A stretch of 64,000 nt of DNA from Octopus bimaculoides (Eukaryota): contig NC_068991.1 in assembly GCF_001194135.2 (NCBI RefSeq), forward strand, positions 79,171,225 to 79,235,224. Reading direction: 5' to 3'. The position numbers and the translations under genes are program-made. Each line of letters opens with the position of its first letter. The stretch's first letter is position 1. This document shows positions 52,828-64,000 of the stretch, piece by piece. A model generated the notes under the pieces. That model was not told the DNA's origin, ran no database searches, and saw only the letters and a list, made by a program, of their open reading frames with translations.

Positions 52828-53487
52828 GGATTTGTGAACTACTATAAACGCACGCATTATACCAACATCATCCTGGCACACACAGTAGCGATATATATAT
52901 ATATATACATTATATATATATATGTTTCGAATTTCGAATTATTTCAAACTCACGTGATACTATTAATGTCTAATTTCGTGAATGATACCTTTAAACAAAA
53001 TTCTTTTGAAAACTATTTTTGCATATTTGTAAATTTGTAATTAGCGTGTTCGAAATTTCACTAATCAGAATGCATTCATTATAGGAATTGAAAGATTACT
53101 ATACATATGCTTTCATTATTGAATACACATTAATTTCATTATTTGGCTCGGGTGTTTAGCAAGGAAAAATTTTCCAATAAACAGTTTGGTAAAAGCTGTG
53201 TAATATATTAATGCCTTCATTGTTGAATGCATATTACTTTAAATATTTGAAATGGGAAATTTACTTGAAAAATTTCTGCAAAATAAGGAAATTTTAGAAA
53301 AAAAGGTGTGTTTCAGTTTTTACAGCTCTGCTATTAACATATGAAACTTCATACATAGAATTAATAAAAGAAATCGATATTAAAATTTGTGAGAGTATGA
53401 GGTAGGCATGATCGAAAACTCATTCCGGAAATTATTCGGTGAATAATATAGAAAATTACAAAAAATGGCATGTTTGTATATGTAAAC

Positions 53488-53531
<44 letters not shown>

Positions 53532-53690
53532 ATCTCTCTCTCTCTCTCTTTCTCCCTCTTTTACTGTCTGTCTATCGTTCCCATTCTCACTCACCGAGTT
53601 ATATATATATATATATATCTGCGCGCTCGAACGTGTATACACATACCTATAAATTTATACATATGTATAGAAACACATGCATTCATACAT

Positions 53691-53700
53691 NNNNNNNNNN
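53691..53700. other. 10-N gap with duplicated 31-bp flanks (assembly artefact)
   Basis: 53660-53690 is identical to 53701-53731. Confidence 0.9.
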
Positions 53701-53844
53701 CATATGTATAGAAACACATGCATTCATACATACATTCACAATCTAATATGGAATAAAGAAGGATTAATAAAAAGAAATCAATACAAGTTATGAAGATGTT
53801 AAATAAAGAGCATTCTTCACACGCGCGGGCAGATACGTTCTATC

Positions 53845-53845
<1 letters not shown>

Positions 53846-53892
<47 letters not shown>

Positions 53893-53902
53893 TAATAATA
53901 AT
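53846..53902. repeat. (AAT)n microsatellite
   Basis: Direct reading. Confidence 0.95.
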
Positions 53903-53904
53903 AA

Positions 53905-54125
53905 ATATTCTTTCAAATTTTTGCACAAGGCCAGCAATTTTGAGGAAAGTTACACGTTAATAATATAGATATAAGTAATAATATATATATAAGTTTTAAT
54001 GTATTTTATCGATAACGAAATGTTGGAGGGAGAAGTTGACGTTGGCGGAGTCTTGAACCCAGAATCTAAAGAGTCGGAAGAACTGCCGCTTAGGAGTTTT
54101 TCTAAAGCCCTATACTTTCATCCAA
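53905..54125 (-). mobile_element. SINE family A, degenerate copy
   Basis: TTTGCACAAGGCCAGCAATTTTG...TTTTATCGAT...GGCGGAGTCTTGAACCCAGAA...TGCCGCT. Confidence 0.6.
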
Positions 54126-54726
54126 GACTTGAAAGATTGCTAGTTAAACTCGCTGACAATATGTCGGATTTGAAGCATAGATGATAGACAAAAGTTATAT
54201 CTTACTCTGCGCATCCAACTGGTTACATTGACATGCACCACGGCTCTTCCATCGACAGCAAAGAGGTCCTCTCAAAGAGACAACTGTCCATTATTGGCTT
54301 CTAATTATACATGGTTGTACAACAGCAACACCACTCAATGAGTTTCCCACATTAGTACATGAAAGTCGAAGTGAAATGACCAGTGATAACATGAAATCAC
54401 AGGTCTTACTTCACAGAATCCGACGCCGAGAAGGAGGTTGAGACAATAAGTAGGGATCCAACACTCCCGGTATTTTTATTGCGAAACCTGACACCAACCA
54501 AGAACAATGATGTGTGTCTGGGTTCAGATGGATTGACATTACATGTGCTAGTTAACTCAAAAGAGGGATCCTAATTTGGGTGAGAGAAAACCTAGGAACA
54601 ACAGAGGCAAAGAGGTGCTCCCCATATCTCAAACTCTGAAAGACACGAACCGTAGCCTCACAATAGGATGCAGGTTAATATCATACCTACCTACCTGCAT
54701 GTGTAAACACACTCCCATATATATAT

Positions 54727-55694
54727 NNNNNNNNNNNNNNNNNNNNNNNNNNNNNNNNNNNNNNNNNNNNNNNNNNNNNNNNNNNNNNNNNNNNNNNNNN
54801 NNNNNNNNNNNNNNNNNNNNNNNNNNNNNNNNNNNNNNNNNNNNNNNNNNNNNNNNNNNNNNNNNNNNNNNNNNNNNNNNNNNNNNNNNNNNNNNNNNNN
54901 NNNNNNNNNNNNNNNNNNNNNNNNNNNNNNNNNNNNNNNNNNNNNNNNNNNNNNNNNNNNNNNNNNNNNNNNNNNNNNNNNNNNNNNNNNNNNNNNNNNN
55001 NNNNNNNNNNNNNNNNNNNNNNNNNNNNNNNNNNNNNNNNNNNNNNNNNNNNNNNNNNNNNNNNNNNNNNNNNNNNNNNNNNNNNNNNNNNNNNNNNNNN
55101 NNNNNNNNNNNNNNNNNNNNNNNNNNNNNNNNNNNNNNNNNNNNNNNNNNNNNNNNNNNNNNNNNNNNNNNNNNNNNNNNNNNNNNNNNNNNNNNNNNNN
55201 NNNNNNNNNNNNNNNNNNNNNNNNNNNNNNNNNNNNNNNNNNNNNNNNNNNNNNNNNNNNNNNNNNNNNNNNNNNNNNNNNNNNNNNNNNNNNNNNNNNN
55301 NNNNNNNNNNNNNNNNNNNNNNNNNNNNNNNNNNNNNNNNNNNNNNNNNNNNNNNNNNNNNNNNNNNNNNNNNNNNNNNNNNNNNNNNNNNNNNNNNNNN
55401 NNNNNNNNNNNNNNNNNNNNNNNNNNNNNNNNNNNNNNNNNNNNNNNNNNNNNNNNNNNNNNNNNNNNNNNNNNNNNNNNNNNNNNNNNNNNNNNNNNNN
55501 NNNNNNNNNNNNNNNNNNNNNNNNNNNNNNNNNNNNNNNNNNNNNNNNNNNNNNNNNNNNNNNNNNNNNNNNNNNNNNNNNNNNNNNNNNNNNNNNNNNN
55601 NNNNNNNNNNNNNNNNNNNNNNNNNNNNNNNNNNNNNNNNNNNNNNNNNNNNNNNNNNNNNNNNNNNNNNNNNNNNNNNNNNNNNNNNNNNNNN
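54727..55694. other. Assembly gap (968 N)
   Basis: N run flanked by (TA)n. Confidence 1.
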
Positions 55695-55781
<87 letters not shown>

Positions 55782-56129
55782 CGTCTTATGAGAGGACTTG
55801 ATACATTCACTTATTAGCTTAGAGATGCTTGAACTTCGTGCAAATATTGATATTAATTTTGGTCGCTGGACACTTTGCTAAGGACATTATATACTTATGC
55901 AGGGCACTGAGTGGATATATAAGAAGTGCATAAGTACATTTAACCTTATGTGGATACTGACACGTTCATAAATAAACCCATCTTAGTACGTCTGTCTTTA
56001 AAGCACAGAAAGAGACGGACAGTGTAATCTATCTATCTATCTATCTATCTATCTGTCTTTCCATTCATCTATCTATCTGTCTATCCATCCAACTACATAT
56101 CTGTCTCTGTCTATCTCTCGGTCGATCAC

Positions 56130-56229
56130 NNNNNNNNNNNNNNNNNNNNNNNNNNNNNNNNNNNNNNNNNNNNNNNNNNNNNNNNNNNNNNNNNNNNNNN
56201 NNNNNNNNNNNNNNNNNNNNNNNNNNNNN
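56130..56229. other. Assembly gap (100 N)
   Basis: N run. Confidence 1.
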
Positions 56230-56960
56230 ATATATATGTATGTATGTATATATATATATATATATATAGGTATATATATGTAAGTGATGTCTGTCCGTGC
56301 ATGCACACAAAGGTACACACACACATGTATATATACTACAATCCGTCCCACACCCATCTTCACTCAATATCAATAGGACAGCAAATACGACTTAACCTTT
56401 AATGAAGCAGACTTCATATATATTATTTTAATGTGAATGTACATATAAAAACTATAGGCTACAGCAAAAAAGCAAAAAAAAAACAACCCAAAACCTCTCA
56501 CATTTCCCCTATTGGCAAGTATGAAATATTGGAGATTTTTCTGTCGCATCTGCATTAATTTGTTCGCTGTGGTCACGAACTCTATATATTGCATGTTTTC
56601 AAGACAAATTAGAAACTCTTACTTCTATGAATAAAGCTGCCATAAAAGAAAACAAGTTATCTACGGGTCGAACTGTAGCACATATCCAATTTCCTGTGGC
56701 TCGTTCACACATATTTCAAAGGGGTTTTACTAGGAAATCATACGCTATAATCAGCATTCTTGGCTAAGTAAATCAAAAATACTTGTTTGATCTCGTGTGG
56801 TGTTCCACGTATCAATTAAGAGAAATGATTAGAGTGAATCTACATCTCACAAACAGTACCTTTTACCGTAATCGGCCCAATTTAGATGTTGAATAACTAA
56901 TAAACAGCATGATTGTGTTTGTTTCTCTTCTAAATAGATATGTCGTATTTTTAATACATG

Positions 56961-56996
<36 letters not shown>

Positions 56997-57187
56997 TACA
57001 TACACCACATCCTCGCGTTGTTGTCTTCTTGTGTTCTTTTGGGGGATTTATATATGTGTGTGTGTGTGTGTGTTTATAATGCACATTCGGGCAAAAACAA
57101 TCTATTTGATAGCATTTGATTTTAGATCCACACTTAAAATGCTTTTGCGTCTGTTTATTAATGTGTGCATGTATGCGTGCGTGTGTC

Positions 57188-57263
<76 letters not shown>

Positions 57264-58056
57264 ACACCTTCAAACACGTAGGCCTCCCTCCCTACGTCAG
57301 ACATTCCTCCCACCTGGACAACACCAACAATGTCTGTAGTTATTCTCACATTGCATTTCTCCTTGATTTCAGAATATCCGCTGTCTGTAATAAGTGCACC
57401 GCTTAGTAGCCTACATGCCCATACTGAGACGCTTTCCCTTGCAAAAACCGAATCATTATCATTTCCCAATCTCTACATGAATCAGTTTTGACAAACACGT
57501 ATTGCTTACTAATATACAGACAGAACAAATACATCTTATCTCTTTTTTTCATTTCTAAACCCACCTCTATAAGATCGCAACTGTCTTTGCAATTATCTGT
57601 CCGTTTGACGCATTTTCTTTATATCCTTACACTACAAAATTCTCCTCATTTCTCGGGTCGTAAAGCACTTCAAGCTGGCTGATTGGTTCAATCTGTGCAG
57701 TTGTAATTTGCATGCTAAATATCAGAAAACCTCTGAAGTCATCGGAAATGAATGCAGACAGTATATGCACAGGATACTAACATTGATACTAACACAGATA
57801 TCAACTAAAACCTAGTACGTATTATATATTATTTCCATTATGATTTCTGCAATTTTGCATTGCTCGCAGTCTTTACACATCAAAGTTCAAACAAACTTCA
57901 AATGACATAAAATATTACATTTGTTTCAAAAGACGATTTAAAGGGACTATTTTCACAGACAGCCTAAAGAATGAAAATGTATTTGTTAAAACCAAAGGCC
58001 AGCAGAACATGAAACGCAAGCATATAACCATTCGTGCCCACTTCAATCGTGCTCTA

Positions 58057-58146
58057 AAATGAAATGAAATGAAATAAAATGAAATAAAATAAAATGAAAT
58101 AAAATAAAATGAAATAAAATAAAATGAAATAAAATAAAATAATAAA
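58057..58146. repeat. Pentanucleotide repeat (AAATG/AAAAT) with 15-bp periodicity
   Basis: GAAATAAAATAAAAT units repeated. Confidence 0.9.
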
Positions 58147-59523
58147 GATGAAACTCAGATAAAACTAGAACACAACAATACAGTCCTCAGAACCCTAACT
58201 ACTCCACTCTTACTCGTTCAGATACATATAGACATTACACACACTCACACGACAGTCTGGATAACTTCATAGCAACTTAGAAAAGAAGATTAAGCGTTAA
58301 TGTATATTTTCTTCACGGAATTTTGAATACCACTACGTGTGCAAGACGGTTGCATATAGGGACACAGACGCTGAACATTCTAGAAATAGCAGGTGATTTA
58401 ACCCTGGTTGCCTTCACAAGTACGGAAAGCTGAACATCACATTGAACGCTTTCAACACAGGTTTGTTGGATTACAGGTGAGGCAGGGATAAACACAGACA
58501 ACAGAAATATAAGGACAGATTGGACTGCGGAGAAACTGGAATATATTGACCTCATGCCTGTATCGGGGTATCGAGTTTGGCCCTAAAGGAGATAGAGATA
58601 ATGTATATGTCTTACACACTGCATGAGAGAATCATAGTTATTAAGCTAATGGTGTATCAGGATTGACTGGATTACACATCACAATCATCCTCAACAACAA
58701 CAACTCCAACAGCAACAAAATATAAATGTGGATGAATCAGATGGCTAAACATACAAGATTTCTATTGACAACAACAAAGTATTCTGCAAAACAAAACGTA
58801 TTGCGGAAAGCCTCTAAGGGCAATGAGGAATCGCTTTTATTTCATATGAAATTGATGCAATCAGACGGAACATTTTCTTTTGCACAAATCGATTTTCTTT
58901 TGTTTCAAATTGGTTCTCTTTTATCAAATATTGTAGATACACAATAAAATTTGTGTGTACACATCAACGGTTACTCAGAAATCATCCGATAAAATTGACT
59001 ATAATTATTTTTGCGCAATTTCTTCGATTAATGTTTTTCCTCCAGAAAATATTACATGTAAGATTTCATTAAAATTCCTCATTAACTTCATTATTAATAG
59101 ATACTGAAATTTACATTTAAAATCAGCAGCTATAAAACACAATTTATACAATACATATAACACAAAACAAAAAAAATAACAAAACGAAAAAAAAGAAAAA
59201 AAGAAATCTGATAAAGAAATGTTGAACACAGGAGAAGACAAGCTAAACTCTAAACAAACTGAAAGAAATGAAACATAAAAACGAAAGCTAAAAGAAAATT
59301 GAGAAAAACGTACACACTGACATGAAAAAATAAAATATGATTGATGTATGTTAAGTTTTTTCTTTATGAAAACTTATAAGCCTTGTCTTATTTATGCATT
59401 ACATAACGGCAAAACTTAAATTTATCGCTAAATATCCTTACAAGTGTTTCTCCGGCGATGCTACGTTCTTTGAAATGATTAAATCATTGAAATGATTAAA
59501 TCTCTTTCTGCGTCTCACTAGGG

Positions 59524-59590
<67 letters not shown>

Positions 59591-59605
59591 TATCTATGTG
59601 CGTGC

Positions 59606-59647
<42 letters not shown>

Positions 59648-60339
59648 TCACATGAGGTGGAAGTGAGAGTGTGTATGTATGTTGTAAGTATGCGTGCAGA
59701 AGCATAAGAGTCGTGAGTCCATAAAGATAACTGTTTTATGCAGAGACTGAATCTAATTTGGTGTATGAAATATTCAGATCTCGACTTAAGCCTAAATTAA
59801 TTTAATGAACTGATTAAACATATCAGAATATGCAAATAAATTCATACTTCTGAATCCTCTTCAACACTGAATATATAATTTGGAACCAATTTATTCAGAT
59901 ACGTATATCATCCACAAATGGGAAAACTAATAATACATTACAATGCAAGAACACCAGAAATCCATTAACGATAAATCACATTGATTAGGTTACAATATGC
60001 TACCACAGCTTCAATTCTTCAAAGCAAATTGCAATTTATTCGAATATGCGGGGGAAACTCAAAATTTCTTTACAGCCTGGGAATAAAACAGCGTAAAGGA
60101 AAATATTGATTTGATAAAGAAGAAAATAATTTTGCACATATCAAAATATGAGATTGCCAAACCACAATTTAATGGCATTAACCAACCGACAAGAAATTAT
60201 TTACACACTTTATATGTGTTGATATAGTGGTCTACAATCAGATCAGCAATTCATTACAAATGGCTGAGGCGAGAGATTTTAGCGAGATAGAAACAACACT
60301 TTAATCTGGAATTTCCAAGAGAGAAAACATTGGTTTAAA

Positions 60340-60550
60340 ATTTTGGCACAAAGTTTGTAATTTCGAGGGAGGTGTAAGTCGATTACATCGACCCCACTGC
60401 TCAACTGGTACTTCTTTTATCGACACCGAAAAGATGAAAGGCATAATCGATCTCAGCAGAATCTAAACTCGGAATCTAAAACGGAATCTAAGACGAAATG
60501 CTGCTTAGCATTTTACCCATCGGGCTAATAATTCTGACAGCTCGCCATCT
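60340..60550 (-). mobile_element. SINE family A copy
   Basis: GTCGATTACATCGACCCCACTGCTCAACTGGTACTT...GATGAAAGGC...GCTTAGCATTT...CTGACAGCTCGCC. Confidence 0.85.
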
Positions 60551-60827
60551 TACAAGCGAGAAAATACGAAGACTGCCAAAAGGTGAAAAACATATTAAGG
60601 TATTCTTGAGTTAAACTATACAAAACATATTTAAACATCATTGGAAGTAAATGAAGGACAAACTGGAAGAACCTTTCAAGAATATAGATACTTCTAAATT
60701 TAAAATATAAAGCAAATGAGAAAATATTGAAATAGTTTATAAAATAATACTAACATTTAAAAGATAAATATAGGTTTGGATATTTAAATGTGGTTAAAAA
60801 GCTCATGTTTTCTGGCTGAGTTCCACT

Positions 60828-60975
60828 CTCGGATCTGGCCGACAAGTCCGCTTACGAGCGGCGGCGTTCCGTGCCGTCGTAGGCGCGTTCTCTGATGGCC
60901 CGGAGAAGCTGATCGCTTAGAGGAAGTAAAAGTCGTAACAAGGTTTGCGTAGATGAACCTGCGGAAGGATCGTTA
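60828..60975 (+). rRNA. 18S: 18S rRNA 3'-terminal fragment (dispersed, pseudogenic), followed by an ITS1-like GC-rich stretch to about 61030
   Basis: TAGAGGAAGTAAAAGTCGTAACAAGGTTTGCGTAGATGAACCTGCGGAAGGATCGTTA matches the conserved eukaryotic SSU 3' end with 3 substitutions; upstream CTCGGATCTGGCC...GGAGAAG brackets helix 44/V9. Confidence 0.9.
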
Positions 60976-61539
60976 CCGCCCGATCAGCCACTTCGCTGGC
61001 TAGACCCAGGCCAAGAAATGCCTCGATAAAAGATATTTACACAAAGTAGTAAAAGAAAGAAAGGATTACATCTATGCTTCCATCGAATTCAACGAATAGT
61101 TTTAAATGTCTAATCTTGCTTCGTATAATGAGGAAATGATTATCTCCCTTGACAAAGCTGTTGCCGTCAGAGAGACCACATACTTAAGATCATTATTTTA
61201 TTGATCCAACGTAAGCAGCACAATCCCAATTAAAAGCAAAAAGAAACCAGCAGTTAATAAATGGGTCTCAAATCAATCATTCAACATGCTAGGCAAAGGA
61301 AGATTCCAACCTTTACTATTTTCAAACAACGTTATATTATGAAGTACGAAACATATACTAAAATGGCATAAATATGACTATAAAAAAATCAACAAGCAGC
61401 CTGGTACTGCATATTAATAAAGGCTACACGAGGTAGTGTTGCAGAGTTTGACGGGAAGCATGTGTTTCTTATTGAGTGACACATCAAAGAGAATGCTAAA
61501 AGTATTGCCCAGAGAAGTTCTTATCTAACGAGTGATTCA

Positions 61540-61584
<45 letters not shown>

Positions 61585-61633
61585 CTTTGTCTATCTATTC
61601 ATCCATCCGAACAATTATATATGTGTGTGTATA

Positions 61634-61703
<70 letters not shown>

Positions 61704-62059
61704 GATAGATAGATAGATAGATATAAACACGCTCGCACAAACACGACGTTCACCTTGGAGTATCCTTGAAACTTAAAGAATTTGAAGTTCCATAGGAGTA
61801 AACGTGATACTCTCATTAAACTCAAAGGTAATCAATAATTAGTCATAAAAACTTCAGAATCAACTATGCAAAGCGACAGAAAATGTGTAATCAGGTTAAT
61901 GGTATTCTCCAGTTTGAAATCGACATTAAGAATCTAATAAATATGATATTTCAAATATTCTACTTTGACATGTAATTCTATGCCAACCGGAAGTATACTG
62001 TAATTTACCCATCTATGTTGACAAATCTGGAAATCAATCAAATTATTCGACTTCCATCT

Positions 62060-62220
62060 TCAGACTGGCAGAGTCGATAGGAACTCCGCTCTTTATGCTG
62101 TAAGAGTTCAAATCCTGCCGCGGTCAAATTTGCCTTTCATTCTTTCCAGATCGATAAAATATAATAGGAGTGAATCGCTGAAAATCAACTAATCTTTATT
62201 CAAATCTGCAGACATTGTGC
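62060..62220 (+). mobile_element. SINE family A, degenerate copy
   Basis: GAGTTCAAATCCTGCCGCGGTCAAATTTGCCTTTCATTCTTTCCAGATCGATAAAAT. Confidence 0.7.
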
Positions 62221-63647
62221 ATATATCTCCTCCCACTCCTCCTCCTCCTCATCATCATCATGTTTCCAAGAGTTTCGAGTGTGTACTATAATTGCTTCTG
62301 AGTTCATTTAGTCTTCACAATAGTACATCTGCAATGCGTTGGTGTCATGTTTGCTTGGAGTGCATGCTTTTTACCGTTTCATTTTACTATTTTCTATATA
62401 AATTGCTTTTTCATCTTGTTCGTCGGTGATTTGTTTTTACATATATTGATTGAGTAGTTGTTATGAGTTATATTGTTCAGTGTATCATGTGTGGATTCTT
62501 TGGGATGGATTATATCGCGTCTTTCCTTCACTGGGTTTCTAACCCTCGATGCATCCTTAAGGGCGACACCCTAATGCCTTCTAGGAGTTGATAGCTACAG
62601 CGAGCTTTCCAATTCTGTGTATAAAAACTGCCATTTATTTCAATTGATGAGAGAAGGTTAAAATGAATCGTCTCCAATATAGTTTTGACAAATTGCTTAC
62701 CTTTCTCCAAAGCAGAATAGCAAGGTTAATTCATTTCTTCTGCATTTGATACGAGAACTCAGGGAATGAAAGCGAACATCAGAAGCCGTTCTACCTGACA
62801 TTCTACCAACAGACATCATTTGAGTTAGATGACAGTTGAAATGTGTGTGAAAGGCTATAATTGTTGTTGCGATTGTTTTACGTGTTGTTTTCTTTTCTTT
62901 TATATTCTAGCCAAACAACATCGCCACCTTTTTTATTTCTTTGTCTTATCTCTAGGACCTAAATGTTTATTAGATTAACAGACGTCAGTAATTGTTGTAT
63001 CTATATTTTCGTGAATTTCCATGCATTTAACGTCAGCATATTATCGACACCATCTCAGGTAACTCCCAAGTGAAATCCAGTTCAAACCGTGTCGAAATTG
63101 CCTTCAGTCAAACACTGATGTAAAGGAATAGTTTCCATTCTTGTGCTTTGTCCTTTGCGTTTGACCGCTTGTTTTGGCTTAACTTTTCCTTTGTATACAT
63201 GTACACACACACACGTGCGCGCATGTGTGTGTGTGTGTGTGCATGTGCATGTGCATGTACATATACAGGTGTATGTGCGTGTGAGGCATCAGAGAGACAG
63301 GCATCGACCGAACTTGTTTAAAATTGCACAACCATAGCCCACTCGAAAGTACATACAAAAGTTTTGAAACTGATGCTAGCTACTCTTTCATGTACATAAC
63401 ATATGTTGTTCATATGTAATTTAGAGTCGGCTATGGTTGTACAATCTTAAACAAGTTCGGTCGATACCTATCTCTGTGATGCCTCACACGCACATACACC
63501 TGTATAAGTATAAGTACATGCACACACAGACACACGTGTGCATGTGTGTGTACATGTATACAAAGGAAAAGTTAAGCCAGAACAAGAGGTCAAACGGAAA
63601 GGACAAAGCACAAGAATGGAAACGATTCCTTTTCATCATATATATAT

Positions 63648-64000
63648 GATGAAAAGGAGACTGCTACGGTACAGTATAAGATAGGACCCCTATTCCTGCC
63701 TAATGGCTCACTGACTGCAGATCCCACATGGATAAGTGAAGTGCTCAGTACACAATTCAAGAGTGTCTTCACTTCTCCTCTGAGTCACATGCAGATAAAG
63801 AACCCAGCTGATTTCTTTGACAATAGCACTCAGCAGAAAAAGACTGCATCCATTACCTACATCGACATTGAAGAGGAAGAAGTGATAGCTGCCATAAATG
63901 AAATGAGCTCAAATTCGGCAACTGGCCCCGATGTTTTCCCAGCTGTCCTCTTAAAGTCGTGTAAACAAGAACTAGCAGGACCACTCCGGATACTCTTCCA
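63648..64000 (+). mobile_element. CR1/L2-like LINE ORF2, pre-RT region, open to the window edge
   Basis: Uninterrupted frame: IGPLFLPNGSLTADPTWISEVLSTQFKSVFTSP...IDIEEEEVIAAINEMSSNSATGPDVFPAVLLKSCKQELAGPLRILF. Confidence 0.85.

Noticed and set aside
53660-53731. 31-bp direct repeat around a 10-N gap
   Set aside because: An exact duplication of overlapping contig ends; scaffolding artefact.
62528-62710. Minus-strand ORF with SIEINGSF...GIRVSPL, faintly like an L1 RT motif
   Set aside because: Too degenerate to call as either a gene or an element.

Overview
AT-rich eukaryotic (metazoan) genomic DNA, dominated by (TA)n/(CA)n/(GA)n/(AAT)n microsatellites and nine N-gaps, most of them abutting simple repeats. 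The repeat landscape (about 19 copies of one tRNA-derived SINE, other SINE families, R4/Dong-like, CR1-like and Penelope-like retroelement relics, Tc1/mariner relics and MITEs) resembles what I recall for Octopus/coleoid cephalopods; that taxon call is inference. I found no recognisable host protein-coding exon, so the window looks intergenic or deep intronic. Most ORFs in the supplied track are microsatellite or N-run artefacts; the real protein similarity comes from decayed transposable elements. The most notable items are an isolated 18S-3'-end/ITS1-like rDNA fragment (~60.8-61.0 kb), a 214-bp-arm inverted-plus-direct repeat (3.9-4.7 kb), a four-piece transposon patchwork with rearrangement scars (39.1-40.3 kb), a head-to-head SINE pair with overlapping TSDs (38.3-38.7 kb) and a 90-nt pre-miRNA-sized hairpin (42.4 kb). 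I do not see evidence for a new multi-gene system. Family assignments come from remembered motifs, not database searches, and boundaries are approximate unless exact repeats are quoted.
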